Made by a program: the position numbers and the translations under genes
Assembly (NCBI RefSeq): GCF_900095445.1
Contig: NZ_FMJL01000011.1
Location: 57,401 to 89,400 of the forward strand
DNA: 32,000 bases
Direction: 5' to 3'
DNA from: Clostridium sp. N3C
GTDB taxonomy: Bacteria > Bacillota > Clostridia > Clostridiales > Clostridiaceae
Shown here: one piece after another, positions 17,215 to 23,922 of the stretch
Position numbering within the stretch: position 1 is the stretch's first letter
Layout of the letters: the number at the start of each line of letters is the position of its first letter
The notes under the pieces: generated by a model
The model's database searches: none
What the model saw: the letters and a program-made list of their open reading frames with translations, nothing else
What the model was told of the DNA's origin: nothing

Positions 17215-17243
17215 ATTATACATATTTTTCATTTATTAATCAA
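17215..17243 (-). promoter_or_regulatory. sigma-A promoter of the ABC transporter operon
   Basis: Minus strand: -35 TTGATT (17238-17243), 17-nt spacer, -10 TATAAT (17215-17220). The leader is about 75 nt and contains an AGCGGT...ACCGCT hairpin (17171-17208). Confidence 0.65.
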
Positions 17244-17321
17244 GGTATTTTTATCTTTTTATAAGTTATTTTTTATCACTTTACGGATTGTAATTAAACT
17301 TTTTATATTTTTAATATTTAT

Positions 17322-17840
17322 TTAAAATATAATTCTTGTTAATGTTATCGCCATAATAATAGCAGTAAGGTCTGCTAAAATAGCAGCCCAGAGGGTATGT
17401 CTTATCTTTTTTACTCCTATAGCTCCATAGTATACAGTTAAGGTATAGAAAATAGTTTCTGTTGTTCCCATTATTATAGAAGCTATTATTCCGATAAAGG
17501 TATCTGGTCCATATTGCTTCAATATATCTGTAAAAACCCCCATAGCTCCACTACCAGAAAGAGGCTTAATAAAGATCAAAGGTACAATTTCCTTAGGTAA
17601 GCCTATAACTTTAACTATTGGAGCCATGAAAGAAGTAAAAATATCCAAGGAGCCTGAAGCTCTAAAAACGCCTACAGCTACAAGCATTGCCAGTATGTAG
17701 GGAAATATTCTTACGCAAATAGAAATTCCATCTTTAGCTCCTTCTACAAAACATTCATAAACTTTCACACCTTTAACTATGCCATATAAGGTAACAGCAC
17801 CAACTATTATAGGGATTATAGCTAAAATAATATAATTCAT
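17322..17840 (-). CDS. spmB: spore maturation protein B (nucleoside-recognition-domain membrane protein)
   Basis: 172 aa. MNYIILAIIPIIVGAVTLYGIVKGVKVYECFVEGAKDGI matches the SpmB N-terminus as I recall it. It lies immediately downstream of spmA. Confidence 0.85.
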   Translation of the reverse strand: MNYIILAIIPIIVGAVTLYGIVKGVKVYECFVEGAKDGISICVRIFPYILAMLVAVGVFRASGSLDIFTSFMAPIVKVIGLPKEIVPLIFIKPLSGSGAMGVFTDILKQYGPDTFIGIIASIIMGTTETIFYTLTVYYGAIGVKKIRHTLWAAILADLTAIIMAITLTRIIF

Positions 17841-17857
17841 AGGAATACCTAAACCTC

Positions 17858-18433
17858 CTAAAAGAACTTTTCAAGTATCTTACAGCATATAATTCCAACT
17901 ATACAAGCTATAGCTGTAGCCATTATAGCTGGAAGTATTATCACTCCTGGATTCTTTGATCCCGCTGCAGCCCTTAAAGAAATTACAGTAGCAGGCAACA
18001 ATTGCATGCAAGCTGCGTTCATAACAAGGAACAAGGCCATATCGTCGCTAGCGGTATCCTTTTTTTGATTTAACCTTTGCATTTCCTCCATAGCCTTTAT
18101 ACCAAAGGGAGTGGCAGCGTTAGATAGTCCCATCATATTAGCAGTTAAATTCATAACTATGGCTCCTAGAGACCTTTTATCCTTCCCTGCCTCCTTGTAA
18201 ATCCTCTTTAAAATTGGCTCCATCAACCGAGCTAATTTTAAAGTTAATCCGCTTTTTTCAGCTATTTTCATCACACCACACCATAGACATAAAAGACCTA
18301 CCATGCCTATAATTAGCTCTACAGAATCATTAGCTGCCTTAATTATTGACTGTGATATTAATTCACCTTTACCGGTAAACAATCCAGTTAGGATTCCACA
18401 AATCAGTATTAAGAACCATATGTAATTAATCAA
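17858..18433 (-). CDS. spmA: spore maturation protein A
   Basis: The track ORF extends to 18520. An AGGAGG SD sits 7 nt upstream of TTG 18433 and gives MINYIWFLILICGILTGLFTGKG..., 191 aa, the usual SpmA start and length. The 29-codon extension has no SD. Confidence 0.85.
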   Translation of the reverse strand: MINYIWFLILICGILTGLFTGKGELISQSIIKAANDSVELIIGMVGLLCLWCGVMKIAEKSGLTLKLARLMEPILKRIYKEAGKDKRSLGAIVMNLTANMMGLSNAATPFGIKAMEEMQRLNQKKDTASDDMALFLVMNAACMQLLPATVISLRAAAGSKNPGVIILPAIMATAIACIVGIICCKILEKFF

Positions 18434-18596
18434 TTTAAACCTCCTAAAAAACTTGATTCCTATGACATTTATATGATTTTTTTCTATGGTTACGAACCAA
18501 ATCATTAATTTAAATTTCAAATATTACTTTATTATTGAAATTGGTATTATTAAGTGATACCATTTATATTAGCATCAATAAAAAATGGAGGATAAA

Positions 18597-18836
18597 ATGA
18601 TTTTAAGAGACATAATGAAATATATAGAAAGCGAATATGAAGTGATCAACAAAACTCCTTGCGAAGTATGCGGAGGAGAGTTTATTGCAGAAGGACTTCA
18701 AATTTCTCTTGTGGATGGAGATCCCTTTGATATTTGCGAATGTGTTTGCTCCAGCTGCGGTCATGAAAGGGAGTTTATGTTTTTCGCTCCTTTCATATAT
18801 GATAAATCCTACAATTATAAACATAATCTAAACTAA
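18597..18836 (+). CDS. small zinc-ribbon-like Cys-rich protein, function unknown
   Basis: I prefer ATG 18597 (MILRDIMKY...), which has a GGAGG SD 5-6 nt upstream. ATG 18585 lies inside that SD. CxxC (CEVCGG) plus CECVCSSCGH. The antisense ORF 18603..18824 was rejected. Confidence 0.65.
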   Translation: MILRDIMKYIESEYEVINKTPCEVCGGEFIAEGLQISLVDGDPFDICECVCSSCGHEREFMFFAPFIYDKSYNYKHNLN

Positions 18837-18851
18837 AGGAGATAACTTACT

Positions 18852-19037
18852 ATGACAGAAAACAACTTAGATTTGGTAAGACAAGATATCGATGAAGCAC
18901 TAAAACTTATTGAGGATATGGAAGTAGCCTTAACTACAGAAGAATCCCCAAGAGAAATTATTAAAGAAAAGTTTAACTTTTTATCTAAAAAGGTTCAAGA
19001 GTTAGAGAACCTACTAAAATCTGAAGGAATTATTTAA
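18852..19037 (+). CDS. 61-aa acidic coiled-coil protein, function unknown
   Basis: AAGGAG SD 8-9 nt upstream. It starts 15 nt after the zinc-ribbon gene. Heptad-like sequence DEALKLIEDMEVAL...KVQELENLLKSEG. Confidence 0.6.
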   Translation: MTENNLDLVRQDIDEALKLIEDMEVALTTEESPREIIKEKFNFLSKKVQELENLLKSEGII

Positions 19038-19079
19038 GAATGGCAGCCTTATAAGTTACATCTCATAAGGCTGCCATTC
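19038..19079. terminator. 15-bp perfect inverted repeat acting as a bidirectional terminator between convergent genes
   Basis: GAATGGCAGCCTTAT (19038-19052) / ATAAGGCTGCCATTC (19065-19079) with a 12-nt loop. The right arm overlaps the last codons of the DUF45 peptidase gene. Confidence 0.6.
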
Positions 19080-19805
19080 CAATTGTAAACTAAATCCATA
19101 TTCCTTAAGCCATTTAATTCTTTTTTTATAATCTGGCATATACTTTTCAACTTCTTGCCAATAAGCATTGGAATGATTTCTATGGATTATATGACAAAGT
19201 TCATGAACTACTACATAATCCAATACCTCTAAGGGAGCCATAATAAGCTTCCAATTATAATTGATATTGTTTTTACTTGAGCAACTACCCCAAAGAGTTT
19301 TTTGTCCTTTTATAAAGACCCTATTAACTGTTACACCAATAAGCTTACTGTAAAACTCCGTTCTCTCTTTTAAAAGACTTTTAGCCATTTTCTTATATAA
19401 GTCTATAATTATTTTCTTTGCAGCTTCTTTTCTAGGCTCTCCTTCTAAGTAATGAGGCAAAACAAGCCTAAATTCACCTTTATCAAAGCCTGCTCCTATC
19501 CTATTGCCTTTATCATATTCTACTACTAAAGGATAAGACTTACCTAAATAAAGCAATCTTTCTCCGGTCTTAAATTCTAGATAAACCCTACTTGAAAGGC
19601 GTTTTTCTATCACATCTAACCTTTCTGTAATCCACTTTTGCTTATCTTTTAAAAACTTATTAATATATTCATTACTGCAATTAATGGGCGCTTTAATTAC
19701 AATTTCCTTTTTATCATTTATAGATAATTCTATAGTTTTTCTTTTGGATTTAATCACATTATATTGAATAATTCTATCTTCTAATCGAAAATTTTCCAAA
19801 TACAT
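19056..19805 (-). CDS. YgjP-like (DUF45 / M48-type) zinc metallopeptidase
   Basis: VVHELCHIIHRNHSNAYWQEVEKYMPDYKKRIKWLKEYG is the DUF45 HExxH...NHS..FW signature. The start is ambiguous: ATG 19805, TTG 19820 (track) or a TTG just downstream, around a GGAGG at 19807-19811. Confidence 0.85.
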   Translation of the reverse strand: MYLENFRLEDRIIQYNVIKSKRKTIELSINDKKEIVIKAPINCSNEYINKFLKDKQKWITERLDVIEKRLSSRVYLEFKTGERLLYLGKSYPLVVEYDKGNRIGAGFDKGEFRLVLPHYLEGEPRKEAAKKIIIDLYKKMAKSLLKERTEFYSKLIGVTVNRVFIKGQKTLWGSCSSKNNINYNWKLIMAPLEVLDYVVVHELCHIIHRNHSNAYWQEVEKYMPDYKKRIKWLKEYGFSLQLEWQPYEM

Positions 19806-19922
19806 TTCCTCCAATACCAAATTTTATTGTATAATTTAACTATCATTTATATGAAAAATACTTTGTAATATTAGTTTTTCTATATACGCCCTTCAATAAC
19901 TTTTCTAGGAGGACAACAGGAA

Positions 19923-21218
19923 ATGAAAAAGAAAAGAACCATTATAGTAATTGTTATATTAATATTATTAGCTTATATATCTGGTCAATTGAACATAAAA
20001 AAATCCGCAAAAAATAGTGAAAAAACTAGTGGATCTACTAAAGCCAAAGATAAATATACTACATCAAAAACTAAATATTCTAGCTTAAAATATCCAGCAA
20101 AAATAGAAAAAGATTTCCTAGATGCTAAATCTGACAACAATAAGGCATCAGAAACAACGATGATTAATATAGAGGCGCCTCATACTAAAAAATGGGGGAA
20201 CACTCCAGGAAATATCCTAAATCATGGCTTCTTTGCTTTTCAAGATGGTTACTTATATTTTAATAGTCCAAATTTAATAGAAAACAGTCTTCTAAAATCA
20301 TCATATCCTATATATCGTACTAAAGAAGATGGTATAACTGCACTTACTAGTTTAAAAGCCATTGATGCTCCTGTTTACATTAACCTAGTTAGTGAATGGA
20401 TTTATTTTTGCACTACTCCCAATGGAGAATTGTACAGAATGAAGATTAACGGTACAGAATTAGAGGTTATATCTACTACACCAACTAGCAATTTAATTAT
20501 TTATGATAATGTACTTTATTATATTCAAAACAACAATATATATAAAAGTAGCATCAACAATTTACAGGAAAAGCAGTTAATAGTTGAGAAAGCCAATTAT
20601 TTCACCCTTTCTGAAGATGGAAAAAATATATTCTATTGCTCTTTTGATAATAATTCTTATAAAGCCTTATCAAATAGCTATGGCAATAGCATATATTCTA
20701 TTGAAACTAATGGTAAAAACAAAAAGCAAATATTTACTAGTAGTAATGATACTAATATAGAATCAATTTTTGTTTATAAAAACTATCTATACTTTACTCC
20801 AGTGGTATGGGATAAAACTACTATGAGCGTAAAATCTCATATATACATTGATAAACTAGACTATACTAGTTCTAACCCTACAGTAGAAGAGTACATTTCC
20901 CTATTTGAATATGATTTTAATATAAACCTATACGAAAACTATCTATATTACACTAAAACAAACTTTAATGTACCTAGCATTACTGTTTTTAGACGAAATC
21001 TAGATGATAATTCAGAAGAGAAATTAACTGTAGACAATGTTTATTTTTTAAGTTCTGGTATATTTTGCTTCGATGATAAAGTATATCTTACAGCTTCATC
21101 TGATTTCCCTAATTCGTCCAAATACTGTAATAGTTTATACTGTTTAGATTTTCAGAAGAAAAGTATACTACAAAATAAAGGACTTAAAATGAGTTTATCA
21201 GAAACTTATGAAGAATAA
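19923..21218 (+). CDS. membrane-anchored repeat (beta-propeller-like) protein, DUF5050-like
   Basis: 431 aa with a GGAGG SD. N-terminal TM anchor (TIIVIVILILLAYI), then a Lys/Ser/Thr-rich linker. Repeated blades follow: ...YLYF.., WIYFCT..GELYRMKINGTELEVI, NVLYYIQNNNIYKSSIN, NIFYCS, YLYFTP, YLYYTK. Confidence 0.8.
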   Translation: MKKKRTIIVIVILILLAYISGQLNIKKSAKNSEKTSGSTKAKDKYTTSKTKYSSLKYPAKIEKDFLDAKSDNNKASETTMINIEAPHTKKWGNTPGNILNHGFFAFQDGYLYFNSPNLIENSLLKSSYPIYRTKEDGITALTSLKAIDAPVYINLVSEWIYFCTTPNGELYRMKINGTELEVISTTPTSNLIIYDNVLYYIQNNNIYKSSINNLQEKQLIVEKANYFTLSEDGKNIFYCSFDNNSYKALSNSYGNSIYSIETNGKNKKQIFTSSNDTNIESIFVYKNYLYFTPVVWDKTTMSVKSHIYIDKLDYTSSNPTVEEYISLFEYDFNINLYENYLYYTKTNFNVPSITVFRRNLDDNSEEKLTVDNVYFLSSGIFCFDDKVYLTASSDFPNSSKYCNSLYCLDFQKKSILQNKGLKMSLSETYEE

Positions 21219-21263
21219 GGGATATAGTGTTAATCAATCTTTAACACTATATCCCTTATTTTA
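21217..21263. terminator. bidirectional terminator between the DUF5050-like and LacI-family genes
   Basis: 17-bp perfect stem AAGGGATATAGTGTTAA / TTAACACTATATCCCTT (21217-21233 / 21241-21257), followed by ATTTTA. It overlaps the stop codon at 21216-21218. Confidence 0.8.
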
Positions 21264-21283
21264 CAAAACTACAGCACTTAAAT

Positions 21284-22279
21284 TTACTTTGTAGATTCTC
21301 TTTCTATAAGCTCATAAGGTAAAATATAATTTTTCTCTTCTAATTCCTTATTATTTATAATCTTTATAAGCATTCTCATACCTACTGATCCCATGTCATA
21401 CATAGGAACTGCTACTGTTGATAGCTTTGGATAGAATATAGAAGAAGAATATATGTTATCAAAACCAATTACATCTACATCTTCTGGCACTCTTATATTC
21501 TTTTCTCTTAAAGCATTTATTGCTCCCATAGCAATTTCATCAGAAGCACAGAAAAGAGCATCAAATTTACCCTTCTCAAGAATCTTATTTACTCCTTCAT
21601 AACCTTCACGGGCCTTTAATTCACCGAAATAAACTAAATTTTCATCTACTTCTAAACCCATTTCCTTTAAAGCATCCTCGTAACCAAAATATCTAACTGC
21701 TGCCGCATTAACTTCGTCCTTATGTACACCAATATAGGCAATCTTCTTATTGCCCTTAGCTAGCAGACTCATAGTTGCATCATAAGCAGCCTCTCTGTTA
21801 TCGATGGATACACTAGGGAAAGTCTTATCCTTATCAGAAGTAACTACTAATACGGTTTTCAAATCTAGTTCTTTTATAAGATCAAGGATTTCCAGTTCCA
21901 GCGAACTACTCATGTATAGAACCCCATCCACCATTTTTTCCTTAAGCACTCTTAAGTATTCCTTTTCCTTTTCTAAATCCGAATCAGAGTTGCAAAGTAT
22001 TATATTATAATCATATATATTAGCTACGTCCTCTGTTCCTCTTACTACCTCAGGATAAAACTGGCTGGATATGTCTGGTATCAATATACCAATGGTTCTA
22101 GTTCTTTGAGTTTTTAAACTTCTTGCCACAATATTAGGTCTATATCCTAACTTTTCTATAGCATCCTTTACTTTCTTTTTAGTATCTTCATTTACTACAT
22201 CAACATCGTTTAATACTCTGGAAACTGTTGCTATGGAAACCCCTGCTTCTCTTGCAACATCTTTAATTGAAACTGCCAT
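21284..22279 (-). CDS. LacI/CcpA-family transcriptional regulator
   Basis: 331 aa. HTH IKDVAREAGVSIATVSRVLN...GYRPNIVARSL, then a periplasmic-binding-like sugar domain. The block IGILIPDISSQFYPEVVRGTEDVANIYDYNIILCNSD is very CcpA-like, but orthology is unproven. Confidence 0.9.
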   Translation of the reverse strand: MAVSIKDVAREAGVSIATVSRVLNDVDVVNEDTKKKVKDAIEKLGYRPNIVARSLKTQRTRTIGILIPDISSQFYPEVVRGTEDVANIYDYNIILCNSDSDLEKEKEYLRVLKEKMVDGVLYMSSSLELEILDLIKELDLKTVLVVTSDKDKTFPSVSIDNREAAYDATMSLLAKGNKKIAYIGVHKDEVNAAAVRYFGYEDALKEMGLEVDENLVYFGELKAREGYEGVNKILEKGKFDALFCASDEIAMGAINALREKNIRVPEDVDVIGFDNIYSSSIFYPKLSTVAVPMYDMGSVGMRMLIKIINNKELEEKNYILPYELIERESTK

Positions 22280-22351
22280 CTTACCACTCCCTATTGGTAC
22301 AATATTTCCCCAACCCTTCTATTCTGAAGCTTAATGGGACAGTATACTTAT

Positions 22352-22380
22352 ATTATACTTATAAATTGAAAGCTTTACAA
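22352..22380 (-). promoter_or_regulatory. sigma-A promoter of the LacI-family gene with an overlapping palindromic operator candidate
   Basis: Minus strand: -35 TTGTAA (22375-22380), 17-nt spacer, -10 TATAAT (22352-22357). The near-palindrome TTGTAAAGCTTTCAA (22366-22380) covers the -35 box and spacer. Confidence 0.6.
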
Positions 22381-22427
22381 GAATGTTTTACATTTTTATG
22401 AAAATTCAATGAAACTAATATTTATTA

Positions 22428-22691
22428 TTATTTACTTCCCTTAGCATAGGCTTCTGCCACTGCTTGAAAACCTAAATCATTCAAAGCTTTGATTATTATA
22501 TTTTTCAACTTACTACTTTCTATTTTATCAAGGCCTAACTTTTTAATTTCACTCATTATCATACGTGATATATTGTCTGAATCAGATTCATTAATAGATT
22601 TATTCACATCATCCGAAGCTCTCTCAATAGATAACATAATCTTCTTTATTTCAAATTCTTGAAGCCTACCGTCTCTTTTTATAACCTTCAT
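22428..22691 (-). CDS. stand-alone ATP-cone domain protein
   Basis: I prefer ATG 22691 (MKVIKRDGRLQEFEIKKI...), 87 aa, with a GAGGGAGG SD 7 nt upstream. The track start 22733 adds 14 residues with no SD. VIKRDGR..EF...KI and the C-terminal ...AVAEAYAKG fit ATP-cone consensus. Confidence 0.8.
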   Translation of the reverse strand: MKVIKRDGRLQEFEIKKIMLSIERASDDVNKSINESDSDNISRMIMSEIKKLGLDKIESSKLKNIIIKALNDLGFQAVAEAYAKGSK

Positions 22692-22813
22692 ACATATACC
22701 TCCCTCTTGATTTAGATAAATTCTTATATTCATTTTACAGGATTATAGCTTTTTTTAAAAGGCATTTCTATATTATCTAATCAATAATCTAAAAAATACT
22801 TTTATAGTTAATT

Positions 22814-22842
22814 AAAAAGGACCAAGCCTTACGGATTGGTCC
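22814..22842 (-). terminator. Rho-independent terminator after the gerQ-like gene
   Basis: Stem GGACCAA / TTGGTCC (22819-22825 / 22836-22842), with a minus-strand U-run (A-run 22814-22818). Confidence 0.7.
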
Positions 22843-22882
22843 ATCGTATAAAATGAAAATTACTTTTCATACATTAAATAAT

Positions 22883-23383
22883 TTATAGATAAGTAGTAAC
22901 AAATTTTATAGAATATAAATCGCATATCAATATGTCATCACTATCTGCTTCCTGTATCACCACATAATCTATTCCTACATTTATCAATCTACCTCTTCTA
23001 TCTGTAAGCATACTTTCCCCTATTAAAAATTCTATTCTTACTGTTCTGCCAATTTGACTTACTAGATAACCTTGTGTCCATTGATAATCTTCTACTGTTG
23101 GTTGTAATAAACCTAATCCAGGGGCAACCGGTTGTGGAACCTGCTGAGTTGCTGGAGCTGCTACGCCTACTGGTGGTTGGCCTATCCCTGCAGTTACCAT
23201 TGGTTCTTGTACACCTGGGCTTGTAGTAACTGTAAAGCTAGGTGTTACAGGTTGTGTTGTTCCCCAAAATATAGGTGCTGGAGATCCTGCTGCATAGCTT
23301 AAATTTCCTGGAGAAAATGCTCCTGCTGTGGTTCCAGGCATAAACTCTCTCATGTCCTCCATAGATAAATTTTCTTCGCTCAT
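22883..23383 (-). CDS. gerQ: spore coat protein GerQ-like
   Basis: 166 aa with a GGAGG SD. The N-terminal half is rich in Pro/Gln/Thr/Gly/Val. The C-terminal YLVSQIGRTVRIEFLIGE...RRGRLINVGIDYVVIQEADSDDILICDLYSIKFVT parallels the B. subtilis GerQ C-terminal domain, as recalled. Confidence 0.7.
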   Translation of the reverse strand: MSEENLSMEDMREFMPGTTAGAFSPGNLSYAAGSPAPIFWGTTQPVTPSFTVTTSPGVQEPMVTAGIGQPPVGVAAPATQQVPQPVAPGLGLLQPTVEDYQWTQGYLVSQIGRTVRIEFLIGESMLTDRRGRLINVGIDYVVIQEADSDDILICDLYSIKFVTTYL

Positions 23384-23443
23384 ATAATCCTCCTGAAAAT
23401 TGCTTATACCAGAAAATAATATGTTACAATGTCCTTACTAAAT

Positions 23444-23470
23444 TATTATATGTTATAGCCCCCAGATGGT
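23444..23470 (-). promoter_or_regulatory. possible mother-cell (sigma-K/E-like) promoter upstream of the gerQ-like gene
   Basis: Minus strand AC-N16-CATATAATA matches the sigma-K pattern AC-N16/17-CATANNNTA. It lies about 60 nt upstream of ATG 23383. This is a short, degenerate motif in AT-rich DNA. Confidence 0.25.
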
Positions 23471-23545
23471 TACAGGTTAAAAATGAGTTTTAAATATATT
23501 ACTACTTTTTCTTAATATACAAGATTCAACTTTAACTACAAATAT

Positions 23546-23803
23546 CTAGTCTTTCAGCGCAGTAATTATCACATATACTATCAACCCAAGCAAAACAACT
23601 ATAGATACAAACCGTAGAGATTTACCTAAGAATAACAAGAGAAGCCACCCTACGAAACAGCAAAGAATCCACACCGTTAAATTGCCTAAGCATCCAAGCT
23701 TATCAAGCTTGCTTCCAAGCTTAAGTATAAGGAAGATTATTGTACCTATTAATGCTGAAAGAATAAATACTAGAAGACCCCATAAAATCACTTTTTTCAA
23801 CAC
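23546..23803 (-). CDS. small integral membrane protein (three predicted helices), function unknown
   Basis: 85 aa from a GTG start with only a weak SD. Strongly hydrophobic helices. It sits between the ileS terminator and the gerQ-like gene. Confidence 0.45.
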   Translation of the reverse strand: MLKKVILWGLLVFILSALIGTIIFLILKLGSKLDKLGCLGNLTVWILCCFVGWLLLLFLGKSLRFVSIVVLLGLIVYVIITALKD

Positions 23804-23876
23804 TACCTTTATATTGTTACTATAAATTATTATGTAAAAAAATTCTTCAATACAACTAATAAATAATTAATTTTTA

Positions 23877-23918
23877 TAAAAAAATAAACTGCGGAGAATC
23901 TACAGATTCCCGCAGTTT
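23877..23918 (-). terminator. Rho-independent terminator after ileS
   Basis: Stem AAACTGCGG(A)GAATC / GATTCCCGCAGTTT (23886-23918) with one bulge, followed on the minus strand by a U-run (A-run 23878-23884). Confidence 0.85.
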
Positions 23919-23922
23919 ATTC

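Noticed and set aside
18434-18520. N-terminal extensions suggested by the track for spmA (to 18520). The same issue applies to the ATP-cone gene (to 22733), rnfD (to 31710), rnfE (30113), the Cys-rich ORF (27663) and the hemerythrin gene (1654).
   Set aside because: In each case a strong SD sits at the right distance from an internal start codon, while the longer start has none. The shorter products also match the usual family N-termini.
22366-22380. Possible catabolite-responsive element (cre) at TGAAAGCTTTACA.
   Set aside because: It is one base short of the 14-nt cre consensus and lacks the central CG. I treated it only as a generic LacI-family palindromic operator candidate.
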